From Candidatus Eiseniibacteriota bacterium (GTDB lineage: Bacteria > Eisenbacteria > RBG-16-71-46), in the NCBI GenBank assembly GCA_031370785.1, contig JANMQY010000023.1, positions 32,001-96,000 on the forward strand: a DNA stretch of 64,000 nucleotides, written 5' to 3'. The position numbers and the translations under genes are program-made. The notes beneath the pieces are model-generated. The model made no database searches. It had not been told where the DNA came from and saw nothing but the letters and a program-made list of their open reading frames with translations. How positions within the stretch are numbered: position 1 is the first letter of the stretch; each line of letters starts with the position of its first letter. This document shows, one piece after another, positions 19,879 through 29,527 of the stretch.

Positions 19879-21831
19879 TCAGCCCAGCTCGCCGATGCGC
19901 TGCCACAGAGATTCCAGCTCGGCGCGGGTACGTTCGTATTCGCCGACCAGTCCCTTCGCCTTCGCGCCGTCGTGGTAGACGTCGGGGTCGGCAAGCTGCG
20001 CCTCGAGCAACTTGACCCGCGCTTCGCGCGACTCGATCTCCTTTTCGAGCGTCGCGATCTGCTTCTCGCGCTTCCGATCGCTCAGGTCCTGCTTCGCGCC
20101 CGGGCTTCCCGCGCCCTTGGCCGCGCGCGGCTTGCCTGCATCGCCCCGGGTCTGCGGCGTGTTCGCCGCCGCGGCCGCGACCGGCACCCGGATCGGCTCG
20201 CCGCCGGGAGCATTGAGCCGTGCGATGCGCGTGCTCTCGTAGTCATCGTAGCCGCCGGGATAGAGCACGACCTTGCCGTCGTTCACCTCGATCACGCGCG
20301 AAGCGACGCGCGCCATGAGCGAACGATCGTGGGTGACCACCACGACCGAGCCGGGGTACTGCTCGAGCGCGTCCTCCAGCACCTCCTTGCCGGCGAGGTC
20401 CAGGTGATGGGTGGGCTCGTCGAGCAGGATCAGGTTGGTGGGCGACATGAGAAGCCGGGCCAGCGCCACGCGCTGGCGCTCTCCGCCCGAGAGCACGCGA
20501 CAGATCTTGAACACGTCGTCGCCCTGGAACAGGAAGTTGCCGAGCAGCGAGCGCAGCCGCGGACGCCACTCGGCCGGAGCGACCTCTTCCAGCGCCTGGA
20601 GCACGGTGAGCGAGGGCTCGAGCGTCTCGGCGGCATGCTGCGCGAAGTAGGCTAGCTTTGTATGAGGCCAGGTCTCGCGCTCGCCTTCGCGCGGCGCGAG
20701 CTGTCCGGCGAGCACGCGCAGCAGCGTGGTCTTGCCCGCGCCGTTGGCGCCGACGATCGCGACCTTGTCGCCACGCTCCAGCTCGACCCGCGCATGTCCG
20801 AAGATGTCGCGCGACCTGTCGTAGCCGAACGCCACGTCCTTGAGCCGCACCAGTGTGCGCCCGGCGTGAGGCGGGTTGGGGAAGTGGAAGCGAATGCGCT
20901 GCGCCTTGCGCGGGATCACCATCCGCTGATCCTTCAGACGGGCGATCTGCTTTCGCTTGCTCTGCGCCTGGGCCGCCTTGGTGTTCTTCGCGCCGAATCG
21001 CTCGACGAAGCGGGAAAGCTGCGCGATCTTGGCGTCGAGCTGCACGTTCTGCGATTCCATCTGCTCGCGACGCAGCTCCTTCTCCTCGAGATAGCGCGTG
21101 AACTTCATCGGATAGTCCGCGAGCTCGCCGCGGTCGAGCTCGCGGATCTCGGTGGCGACCCGGTCGAGGAACACGCGATCGTGTGAGACCACCACCAGCC
21201 CGCCGTGAAAGTCCTCGAGATAGTCCTCGAGCCACTCCATCGCGGGCAGATCCAGATGGTTGGTGGGCTCATCGAGAAACAGCAGGGTGGGATCGGTCAG
21301 CAGCAGCGCCGCCAGCGCGGCGCGCATGCGCCAGCCGCCCGAGAACTCGGCCAGCGGCCGGACCTGATCGACGGTCGAGAAACCGAGGCCCGAGAGCACG
21401 CGCCGCGCCTCCGGCTCGAGCGTGTGCTCGTCGTTCAGCTCGAGATGATGCTGCAGCTCTCCGACCCGCTCGAGCAGGGATTCGAGATGCGGATCATCCT
21501 GGGTGATGCCGCTCAGGCGCTGGTGGAGCGCGTCCAGCTCCTCGCGCATCCCGATCAGGTGCCGATGTGCCTCCATCGCCCGTTCGAGCACGGTGCCGTC
21601 GTAGCGCTCGGCCGCCTCCTGCGGCAGGTAGCCGAGACGCGTGCCGCGGGCGAGGACGCGGGCACCCACCTCGGGCGTGTACTCGCCGAGCATGACCCTG
21701 AGAAGGGTGGTCTTGCCCGCGCCATTGGGGCCGACCAGCGCGATCCGGTCGCCGGGGGACAGTACCCAGTTGAGGTCCGAGAAAAGGACCCGGTCGCCGA
21801 TCGAATACTTGAGGTTCTGAAGCTGGATCAA
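19879..21831 (-). CDS. ABC-F family ATP-binding protein
   Basis: Two ABC domains (GPNGAGKTT, FSGGWRMR, LDEPTNHLD; GANGAGKTT, LSGGERQR), no TM, C-terminal coiled coil; TTG start after GGAG. Confidence 0.95.
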   Translation of the reverse strand: MIQLQNLKYSIGDRVLFSDLNWVLSPGDRIALVGPNGAGKTTLLRVMLGEYTPEVGARVLARGTRLGYLPQEAAERYDGTVLERAMEAHRHLIGMREELDALHQRLSGITQDDPHLESLLERVGELQHHLELNDEHTLEPEARRVLSGLGFSTVDQVRPLAEFSGGWRMRAALAALLLTDPTLLFLDEPTNHLDLPAMEWLEDYLEDFHGGLVVVSHDRVFLDRVATEIRELDRGELADYPMKFTRYLEEKELRREQMESQNVQLDAKIAQLSRFVERFGAKNTKAAQAQSKRKQIARLKDQRMVIPRKAQRIRFHFPNPPHAGRTLVRLKDVAFGYDRSRDIFGHARVELERGDKVAIVGANGAGKTTLLRVLAGQLAPREGERETWPHTKLAYFAQHAAETLEPSLTVLQALEEVAPAEWRPRLRSLLGNFLFQGDDVFKICRVLSGGERQRVALARLLMSPTNLILLDEPTHHLDLAGKEVLEDALEQYPGSVVVVTHDRSLMARVASRVIEVNDGKVVLYPGGYDDYESTRIARLNAPGGEPIRVPVAAAAANTPQTRGDAGKPRAAKGAGSPGAKQDLSDRKREKQIATLEKEIESREARVKLLEAQLADPDVYHDGAKAKGLVGEYERTRAELESLWQRIGELG

Positions 21832-21894
21832 GGGTTCTCCTGTGTCCGTCGCGGGCCCTGCCGCATTCGAGCGCAAGCCCTGGCGCGGACAGCG

Positions 21895-21924
21895 TTGACA
21901 CTGCCGAGGGGCGGGCCGGATAAT
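21895..21924 (+). promoter_or_regulatory. Sigma70-type promoter
   Basis: TTGACA-N18-GATAAT upstream of 21948 gene. Confidence 0.55.
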
Positions 21925-21947
21925 CCCTCCGGCTCCGCGACCACCTC

Positions 21948-24662
21948 GTGCCTGTTCCTCATTGCCTTCGCAACCGCCGGGAAAGGACCCCACCCTTGCG
22001 CCGAAAGCTTCGCAATGGGTGGTCCATTCTGCTGACCCTGGCTGCGCTGCTGATCGCGCTGCCGGGTCCGGCCCTCGCGGCCTGGATGCAGGCCCCTGCG
22101 CCCTATCGGCCCAAGGACTTCACGATCATCAAGAAGGATGGTCTCTACCATCTCTTCTACATCCGGCGCAATGTGACCCTGCCCATGGCCCAGACCGAGA
22201 GGGACTTCGGGCACGCGGTTTCACCGGACCTGTACAACTGGCAGCAGCTGGCGCCGGTGCTCACGGTTCGCGACTCGGCGTGGGACAACCTGCACGTGTG
22301 GGCGCCCTCGGTGATCGAGAGGGACGGAGTCTACTACCTCTTCTATACCGGGGTCAGCGACGTTCCCGGGCTGTACAACTCCTATCAACGCATGGGCGTC
22401 GCGACCTCGACCGATCTCATGACCTGGAACCGGGTCGACCCGCCGATCTTCAGCTGCGATCAGGTGCCGTGGGCGTTCTGCGATTCGCTCGAGGCCCTCA
22501 ACGCGTTCCGCGATCCGTTCGTGATGCCGGATCCCGCTCAGCCCGGGCGCTTCCTCATGTACTACACGGGCAACCTCGCCCACGATTCGACACGGACCGT
22601 GGTCGGGGTGGCGGGATCGAACGGCGATCTCACCCAGTGGTCCGACATCAAGCCGCTGCTCGCCACGCACCAGAGCTACTCGGGCAACACGCTCACCGAA
22701 TCCCCGCATCTGTTCCAGCACGACGGCACCTGGTACATGCTGTTCACGACCGGCGCGACGCAGCCGCTCTCATACGCGACCAGCCCCGATCCCACCGGCG
22801 ATCCCGCGAGCTGGACCTATCGCGGCCGGCTCGGCACCATGCTCGGAGGGAACACGGGCGCGTGGTTCGCGTCCGAGTACCTGCGTGACGGACTGAACGA
22901 CCTGCTTGCGTTCGTGAACTCGGATCGCGTCCAGATCAACCGCATCGTCTGGCATCCCGATGGAACGTTTCACCTCGTCCAGCCCGATCTGTTCCACGTG
23001 GTGAAAATGAGCTGGGGACAGGACACTGTGCCGAGCGGGCACCCGGTGCAGCTGAAGTTCGTGGCTGCGAATGGCACCGGTCGGGTCGCCTTGCTCGAGG
23101 CCGCCGTGCTCGGCTCCAACGGAGTCGAGACTCCGGCGCCGCTCGATTCGCTCGGCCTGCCCGCATCCTTCACGCTGCCGCGGGACACCTGTTCGTTCAC
23201 GTGGTACGCGCGGCGCTGGCCGAGCACGGGGCTGGAGCCGAGTCGGGTGATCGTGCGCCTGGTCGATCACACCGCACGCACGGTCACGCCGATTGTCGTG
23301 CTGCCCGATACGACCACTCCGCCTCCTTTCCGGGTCACGAGTCTCGACTGGCAGTCGTCGCTGGTGATGCGGTACGAGGACGTCCCGATCATCATCAACG
23401 CGATCGCAGGCGTGGGGCATGTCGCGCCGATCGAGGCATTCACGCTGGATTCGACCGGGACCGAGACCCTCGCGCCGCTCGATTCGCTCGGGCTGCCCGC
23501 CAGCATCGCGCTCACGGCCGACACCACGGTGTTTCACTGGACGGCGCAGATCTATCCGTCGGGGACGCCGCCGCGCGAAATGCGGCTCCGGCTGCGCCTG
23601 GCCGGGGACACGCTCGCGACCGGCGTCATCCGGGTGGTGCCCGACACGATCCCGGTCTTCGACACCTTCCGGGTGGAAAGCATGCAGTGGAGCGCGGACC
23701 AGGCACTCATCGGAACGCAGGTGACGCTGAAGATCGTCTCGCACCTGAGCGGCGGACAGGTGATCACCCTGATCCCCTATGTGCTCGACTCGCTCGACAC
23801 TGAAGTCGAGGTTCGTTCCGATTCGGTCTCGCTGCCTTTCGAAATCTCGCTCGTATCCGACACGACCAGTATCGAGTGGACGGCGCGCATCTACCCGTTC
23901 GACCACCCGAAAATGCGGATGCGGGTCCGTCTCGACTCGGACACTCTGGGGGCGCAGCTGATCACGGTGCGGCGCGACACGACCGTCGCGCCGCCGCCCG
24001 AGACGCTCCAGATCACGCGCTTCGACTGGGCCGCGGACAGTGTCCGGCGCCGCCGGGTTCTGCCGCTCGAGATCGTTGCCCGCGACTGGGGAGGGCGCTT
24101 CGCGCGCCTCGCCGCGTTCACCGTGGACATGGAGGGTACGGCGTCGGCGGCGCCGCTCGAGCCGCTCGGGCTTCCCGACTCGGTCGCGCTGGTCGCGGAC
24201 ACGACGCGCTTCGAGTGGACCGCGGCCACCTGGCCGGACACGACTCAGCTCACACGCCTGCGCCTGCAGGTGGTCGGCGATACACTGATGACCCGAGTGC
24301 TGAGCGTGCTTCCGGACAGCGTCACCGCGGTCGAGCCGCCGCTGACCGGCCCCGAGGGCGGCGCCGATCCGACCGGACCGACCGAAGAGCGCGTGAAGCT
24401 TCGTAGCCAGCGGCACGGAATGTCCTGCTCGATCGGTTTTGTGATCGAGCTCGAGGCGCCGACGCCCGCGCGGCTCGAAGTGTTCGACATCGCGGGACGA
24501 CGCGTCCGCCTGATCGCGAACCGCACGCTCCCCAGGGGGGCGACCGTGCTGCCATGGGATGGCCGCGACGGCTCGGGGCTCGCCGCGGACGCAGGCGTCT
24601 ACTTCGTGCGCCTGACGACTCCGCGCGTGACGCGCCTGATGCGCACCGTGGTGCTGCGCTGA
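21948..24662 (+). CDS. Secreted GH32/43-like glycoside hydrolase with four tandem ~105-aa beta repeats and FlgD-Ig sorting domain; paralog of 16728-18074
   Basis: RPKDF, FGHAVSPDL, VWAPSV, FRDPF, TESP; WDGRDGSG..AGVYF; start codon uncertain. Confidence 0.8.
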   Translation: MPVPHCLRNRRERTPPLRRKLRNGWSILLTLAALLIALPGPALAAWMQAPAPYRPKDFTIIKKDGLYHLFYIRRNVTLPMAQTERDFGHAVSPDLYNWQQLAPVLTVRDSAWDNLHVWAPSVIERDGVYYLFYTGVSDVPGLYNSYQRMGVATSTDLMTWNRVDPPIFSCDQVPWAFCDSLEALNAFRDPFVMPDPAQPGRFLMYYTGNLAHDSTRTVVGVAGSNGDLTQWSDIKPLLATHQSYSGNTLTESPHLFQHDGTWYMLFTTGATQPLSYATSPDPTGDPASWTYRGRLGTMLGGNTGAWFASEYLRDGLNDLLAFVNSDRVQINRIVWHPDGTFHLVQPDLFHVVKMSWGQDTVPSGHPVQLKFVAANGTGRVALLEAAVLGSNGVETPAPLDSLGLPASFTLPRDTCSFTWYARRWPSTGLEPSRVIVRLVDHTARTVTPIVVLPDTTTPPPFRVTSLDWQSSLVMRYEDVPIIINAIAGVGHVAPIEAFTLDSTGTETLAPLDSLGLPASIALTADTTVFHWTAQIYPSGTPPREMRLRLRLAGDTLATGVIRVVPDTIPVFDTFRVESMQWSADQALIGTQVTLKIVSHLSGGQVITLIPYVLDSLDTEVEVRSDSVSLPFEISLVSDTTSIEWTARIYPFDHPKMRMRVRLDSDTLGAQLITVRRDTTVAPPPETLQITRFDWAADSVRRRRVLPLEIVARDWGGRFARLAAFTVDMEGTASAAPLEPLGLPDSVALVADTTRFEWTAATWPDTTQLTRLRLQVVGDTLMTRVLSVLPDSVTAVEPPLTGPEGGADPTGPTEERVKLRSQRHGMSCSIGFVIELEAPTPARLEVFDIAGRRVRLIANRTLPRGATVLPWDGRDGSGLAADAGVYFVRLTTPRVTRLMRTVVLR
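22992..24317 (+). repeat. Four diverged ~105-110-aa Ig-like repeats within the GH gene
   Basis: Recurring F.V..M.W ... APLDSLGLPAS..L..DTT.F.WTA ... VLPD. Confidence 0.8.
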
Positions 24663-24669
24663 GCCGCGA

Positions 24670-25788
24670 CTAGGAAGTCAGTCGCTCCGGGTTCAGCCCT
24701 TCCAGATCGGGGACCACGAAGCGGCCGTCCTTGCGCACCAGCTCGCCGTCGAACCGGATCTCTCCGCCGCCGTAGTCCGGCCGCTGAATGAGCACCAGGT
24801 CCCAGTGGATCTGCGAGCGGTTGCCGTTGTCGGCGATGGTATAGGCCTGGCCGGGCGTGAAGTGCAGCGATCCTGCGATCTTCTCGTCGAACAGCGTGTC
24901 CTTCATCGGCGTCGTGATGTACGGATTGAATCCCAGCGAGAACTCGCCGATGTAGCGCGCGCCCTCGTCGGTGTTCAGCAGATCGTCGAGCCGGCCCTGC
25001 GGGCTTCCGACCGCCTTCACGATGCGCCCCCCTTCGAAGGTGAAGGCCAGGTTCTCGAAGGTGGTGCCGAGGTAGAGCGACGGCGTGTTGTAGGCGATGG
25101 TTCCCTGGACCGAGTCGCGCACCGGTGCGGTGAAGCACTCGCCGTCGGGCAGGTTGCGGCGGCCCTCGCAGGGAACCACCCCGATTCCCTTGATGCTGAA
25201 CGAGAGGTCCGTGCCCGGGCCGTGGATCTGCACGCGGTCGGTGCGGGCCATGCGGGCCTCCAGCGGCTTCATCGCGTCGCTCATGCGCGCGTAGTCGAGC
25301 GTGCACACCCGGTAGTAGAGATCCTCGAACTGTTCGGTGCTCATGTTCGCCATCTGCGCCATCGAGGGCGTGGGATAGCGCAGCACGACCCAGCGCGTGT
25401 GATTGACTCGATAGTCGAGATGGACCGGCTGCGCGACCAGCCGGGTGTAGAGCCCCATGCGATCGACGGGCACGTCGGAGAGCTCGGAGCTGTTTTCGGC
25501 GCCGCGCAGACCGACGTAGGCCTGGACCTTCTGCATCTGGAACAGCTCGAGCTCGCTCTGAAGCTGGAACTGGGCTTCGTTGCCGCCGGCGATCAGGCTC
25601 CGATTCACCACGTTGCTGCGCAGGAACACGACTGGGATCGCGCCGGCGCGCTGCGCTTCCTCGACCAGATCGAGCACCAGCCCGTCCGCAACGTCGAAAG
25701 CTTCGATCAGCACGCGCTCGCCGGGCTCGAGCCGGGTGGAGTGGTGCACGACCACCTTGGCGAGGCGGGCATTACGTGGGTCGCGCAT
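24670..25788 (-). CDS. M29 (thermophilic) aminopeptidase
   Basis: NLPDGECFTAP, IGEFSLG, FDEKIAGSLHFTPG, SQIHWDLV; GGAGG RBS. Confidence 0.93.
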   Translation of the reverse strand: MRDPRNARLAKVVVHHSTRLEPGERVLIEAFDVADGLVLDLVEEAQRAGAIPVVFLRSNVVNRSLIAGGNEAQFQLQSELELFQMQKVQAYVGLRGAENSSELSDVPVDRMGLYTRLVAQPVHLDYRVNHTRWVVLRYPTPSMAQMANMSTEQFEDLYYRVCTLDYARMSDAMKPLEARMARTDRVQIHGPGTDLSFSIKGIGVVPCEGRRNLPDGECFTAPVRDSVQGTIAYNTPSLYLGTTFENLAFTFEGGRIVKAVGSPQGRLDDLLNTDEGARYIGEFSLGFNPYITTPMKDTLFDEKIAGSLHFTPGQAYTIADNGNRSQIHWDLVLIQRPDYGGGEIRFDGELVRKDGRFVVPDLEGLNPERLTS

Positions 25789-25951
25789 GAGACCTCCGGA
25801 GCGTCTGTGCGTCGGATCGAGATCGAAGTGGAGCGTCAGGCAGGGCGGGAAATCTATCACAGCCGGGCATCGGTTTGACGCAGCGCCGCACGGCGCGGCA
25901 CTCTCGCGATTCACTGCTCCCGCCCGGCCATCCCGCTTTCCCGGAGGCTTC

Positions 25952-27040
25952 ATGTCGCGCGTTCGCGTGGGCCTACTCGGTACTTCCTTCGGCCGTCTCG
26001 TGCAGGCGGCCGCCTTTCAGCGCCATCCGGGCTTCGAGCTGGTCGCGATCGCCGGATCGAACGAGGAGAAGACGCGGCGCATCGCCGGCGAGCTCGGCCT
26101 GGCGCAGGCGTTCGGAGACTGGCGGCGCCTGCTCGCCGAGGTGAAGCCGGATCTGGTGAGCATCGCGACGCCGGTCGACCTCCACCATCCCATGATGCTC
26201 GCGGCGCTCGAGGCGGGAGCGCACGTCCTGTGCGAGAAGCCGACCGCGCTCCACCGCTTCCAGGCCCTGGAGATGCGCGACGCCGCGAGCGCCCGCGGCC
26301 GGGTCGCCGCGATCAATCACGAGTTTCGGTTCTTCCCGGCGCGTCGGCTCGCGCTCGAGATCGTGCGAGCGGGCGGCATCGGCGTGCCGCGTCGGGGCGA
26401 GATTCTCGGGCGTTATCCGATCTGGGCGACGCCCGGCTCGCGCGGGATGAGCTGGCTCTCGGACCGCGCGCGCGGCGGCGGCATTCTCGGCGCGCTCGGC
26501 TCGCACCACACCGACTGCCTGCGCACGTTCTTCGGCGAGCCCCAGAGCGCGCTGGCCTCGGTGCGCGTGGACCAGCCCCGGCGCGGACCGACCCCTTCCG
26601 ATCCGTCGAGCGCTCTGGCGACCGCCGACGATTCGTGCACGGTGCAGTACGCCTTCGCCGGCGGCGCGACCGCGCTCATCGACCTGAGCGGGTGCACGCC
26701 CTACCGGTGGGAGCGTTTCGAGATTCACGGCAGTGAAGCGTCCCTGCGCTGGGATGAGACCGGCTACCATCTGTGGCGGCTCGCGGTGGGGAAGGAGCCC
26801 GAGGAGTTGCCGATCCCGGCCGCGCTCGCCCTCGCGCCGCGCGAGGGCGATCCGGCATTGGTCGCGCCGTTCGGCGCCCTGATCGAGCGGCTTCACCGCG
26901 CGATCACCGAACGCGTGCCGATGGAGCCCAGCTTCGACGATGCGGTCGCGGTCCAGTGTGCGCTCGATGCGGCGCGCGCCTCGAGCGACGCCGGGACGAG
27001 GATCTCGGTGGATCATCCGGTTCCGGCCGCGCGCGAGTGA
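25952..27040 (+). CDS. Gfo/Idh/MocA oxidoreductase
   Basis: VGLLGTSFG, HVLCEKP, GGGILGALGSHHTD. Confidence 0.92.
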   Translation: MSRVRVGLLGTSFGRLVQAAAFQRHPGFELVAIAGSNEEKTRRIAGELGLAQAFGDWRRLLAEVKPDLVSIATPVDLHHPMMLAALEAGAHVLCEKPTALHRFQALEMRDAASARGRVAAINHEFRFFPARRLALEIVRAGGIGVPRRGEILGRYPIWATPGSRGMSWLSDRARGGGILGALGSHHTDCLRTFFGEPQSALASVRVDQPRRGPTPSDPSSALATADDSCTVQYAFAGGATALIDLSGCTPYRWERFEIHGSEASLRWDETGYHLWRLAVGKEPEELPIPAALALAPREGDPALVAPFGALIERLHRAITERVPMEPSFDDAVAVQCALDAARASSDAGTRISVDHPVPAARE

Positions 27041-27185
27041 GTGAAAGCGCCGGCTCGGCGAACCGAGCGGCGAAAGCCTCGAGCGCGGCGTGGCGGGTTG
27101 GACCCTGCTTGCGCCGGCCTCTATACTGCTTGCGCAACTAAGGTTTCACAGCACGCCACAGCACCGGCCGAGGAGGGAGTCCGTC

Positions 27186-27914
27186 ATGGCTGACTGGGAT
27201 GTGATCGCCAAGCAGCGCCTGACCGAAGACTGGACCACGCTGCGTGCCGCGTATCTGCCGCTGAATCAGGCGATGCGCCGCACGGTGGAGTTCCTCGAGA
27301 AGGGCGACGGAAGCTTCTCCGACCTGCTGGTGCTCTCCCGCGAGCGCCTCGAAGGATCGCTCAAGAACCTGACCGCGCTGTGCAACCGTCGCTCGCCGTG
27401 GGTGCGGCTCGAGGCGATCCGGAACCTGCGCGTGCTCGGCACCGGGCTCAAGGGCGCCGCCAACGACGACCCGCGCGCGCTCCTGCGTTATCTGTTCGCG
27501 CTGAGCGAGCTGCTCACCAACGTGTGGAAGGACGCGCCGACCGAGGCGCGCGTCACCGAGCACCTGAAGGTGGTCGGCACGCCGGACTTCTGGTTCGGCT
27601 GCGACTGCTGCGCGGTCGGCATCCTCAAGCCGATCGCCCCCGACGACCCGCCCGATCTGGTGCGAGGCAAGGAAGTGCGGCTGGTGTGGGAAGTGGACGC
27701 GCTGTTCGCCTGGACGCTCGATGAGTTCGAGGACTACCTGGCGAGCGAACGCTACACGCTGCCGACCACCGCGAAGATCGCGGCCACCGATGACCTCGGC
27801 GTGCCGGTCGTGGACGTTCCTTCGGAGAGTCTGCGCCGCGGCGGCGAATGGTTCGAGGGTCAGGGTGGAGGGCTGTTCGGCCCGCTCGATCTCAAGTATC
27901 TCGACCTCGGCTGA
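27186..27914 (+). CDS. Hypothetical protein (CDCC motif)
   Basis: GGAGGGAG RBS; strong GC3 codon bias; no family recognised. Confidence 0.7.
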   Translation: MADWDVIAKQRLTEDWTTLRAAYLPLNQAMRRTVEFLEKGDGSFSDLLVLSRERLEGSLKNLTALCNRRSPWVRLEAIRNLRVLGTGLKGAANDDPRALLRYLFALSELLTNVWKDAPTEARVTEHLKVVGTPDFWFGCDCCAVGILKPIAPDDPPDLVRGKEVRLVWEVDALFAWTLDEFEDYLASERYTLPTTAKIAATDDLGVPVVDVPSESLRRGGEWFEGQGGGLFGPLDLKYLDLG

Positions 27915-27996
27915 GTTGGTCGTACCAGTCACAGCAACGCTCGGGCGGGTGAGGGCCGTGCCCCGCCGGACGCATTCACACAAGGAGGGTTACATC

Positions 27997-28401
27997 ATGA
28001 AGGGTTTCCTTACGGTCGCCATTCTCGGCGCGCTGACCCTTTTCGCGGTGTATGCGATCGCCGACGAGAAGATGAGCGACATGAAGATGAAAGCCACCTC
28101 GTCCAGGTCGTGGACGGGCGAGGTCGTGGACACCGGCTGCTATCTCGCGCAAGAAGCCAGGGGCGCGAAGCACAAGGAGTGCGGAACCAAGTGTGTCGCG
28201 AACGGCATGCCGATGGGCCTGCTGACCAATGACGGCAGGCTCTACCTGCTGACGATGGATCACGACAATGCCGATCCCTACAACCAGCTCAAGGAGTGGG
28301 TGGGTTCGATGGTCGTGGTCACGGGCACGCAGCTCGAGCGTTCCGGAATGAAAGCGATCGATGTGACCGGAGCCAAGCCGGTCGCGGTGAAAGCGAAGTA
28401 G
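27997..28401 (+). CDS. Exported small Cys/His protein (GEVVDxxCY..H..C...C)
   Basis: AAGGAGG RBS; signal peptide; Met-rich segment; predicted OB-like beta domain. Confidence 0.75.
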   Translation: MKGFLTVAILGALTLFAVYAIADEKMSDMKMKATSSRSWTGEVVDTGCYLAQEARGAKHKECGTKCVANGMPMGLLTNDGRLYLLTMDHDNADPYNQLKEWVGSMVVVTGTQLERSGMKAIDVTGAKPVAVKAK

Positions 28402-28417
28402 CACGCGGCGGAACGGA

Positions 28418-29203
28418 GTGAAGAGGCGGGACCGCCTCTCACTCCGTTTCCGTTTCCCGCACGTGCGCAGACTCATCGGGGTCGTCGTCGCGCTGATCGC
28501 GCTGTTCATGGCGTGGCGCACCGTGAAGCCGGATCTTCCCGCCGCCGAGCGCGGCCGCCGGCTCGCGGAGCGTCTCGGCTGTTTCGGCTGTCACGGCCCC
28601 GAGGGCACCCGCGGCGCGTTCAATCCCGGCCGCCTCGACAAGACCGTTCCCACCTTCGAAGGCGACGTCATGATGTACGCGAAGACGCCCGCCGAGATCC
28701 GCGAGTGGATCGAGAACGGTTCGACTGCGCGCAAGCGCGAGAGCCGGACCTGGCGCGAGCAGCGCGAGAGGGGCGTGCTGCGGATGCCCGCCTTCAAGGA
28801 CCGGCTCGGACGGCGCCAGATCGATGACCTGGTCGCATTCGTTTGGGCGATGGCCGGCGCCGAGATCGCCGACTCGCTGGCCAGGGCCGGACTCGAGCGC
28901 AGCGAGAAGCTGGGCTGCGCGGGATGCCACGGTCCGGGCGGAAGGCTGGCGCGCCGCAATCCGGGCTCGCTCAAAGGCTACGTGCCGTCGTGGGACCGGG
29001 ACGACTTCGCGGACCTGGTGCGCGACAGCTCGGAGTTCCGCCAGTGGGTCGAGCACGGGGTCAGCGACCGCTTCGATCGCAACCCGATCGCGAAGTCGTT
29101 CCTTCGCCGAGCGGTGCTCAAGATGCCGGCCTACGAGAAGCACCTCGAGCCCGGCGATGTTCCGGCCCTGTGGGCCTACGTGAAGTGGCTCCGAAAGAGC
29201 TAA
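28418..29203 (+). CDS. Membrane-anchored di-haem c-type cytochrome
   Basis: CFGCH and CAGCH motifs, each followed by MPA distal-Met motif; internal duplication. Confidence 0.88.
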   Translation: MKRRDRLSLRFRFPHVRRLIGVVVALIALFMAWRTVKPDLPAAERGRRLAERLGCFGCHGPEGTRGAFNPGRLDKTVPTFEGDVMMYAKTPAEIREWIENGSTARKRESRTWREQRERGVLRMPAFKDRLGRRQIDDLVAFVWAMAGAEIADSLARAGLERSEKLGCAGCHGPGGRLARRNPGSLKGYVPSWDRDDFADLVRDSSEFRQWVEHGVSDRFDRNPIAKSFLRRAVLKMPAYEKHLEPGDVPALWAYVKWLRKS

Positions 29204-29249
29204 GCCGGCCTTGGGGTTATGGCGGCCGGCAGATGCGTTCGCTGCCGGT

Positions 29250-29351
29250 CTAGCGGCGGCGGGTCTTCTTGAGCGCGCGGGCTTTGTCCTTCTTCTTGCG
29301 CTGCGAATCCTTGGCGCGCTTACGACGCTGGCGGTGCTTGAAGGAGGTCAT
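29250..29351 (-). CDS. 33-aa highly basic small protein MTSFKHRQRRKRAKDSQRKKKDKARALKKTRRR
   Basis: AGAGGA RBS, own promoter, hairpins downstream. Confidence 0.6.
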   Translation of the reverse strand: MTSFKHRQRRKRAKDSQRKKKDKARALKKTRRR

Positions 29352-29400
29352 GAACGTCCTCTTGTGAAGGGAACCGGGCGCCGGATGGGCGCGGCAGCGG

Positions 29401-29429
29401 ACCTTAGCCAAGATCGCTTCAAACCGCAA
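29401..29429 (-). promoter_or_regulatory. Sigma70-type promoter for basic sORF
   Basis: TTGCGG-N17-TAAGGT (same -10 as BMC-T promoter). Confidence 0.5.
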
Positions 29430-29527
29430 GAAGCGCGCGGGCATCTCGAATGCTGCGGACCGTTCCCGCCCGGTCCGAGCCATCGACACTCTCGCCACCG
29501 CGGTCCCCTTGCCGCGAGGAGAACGAC

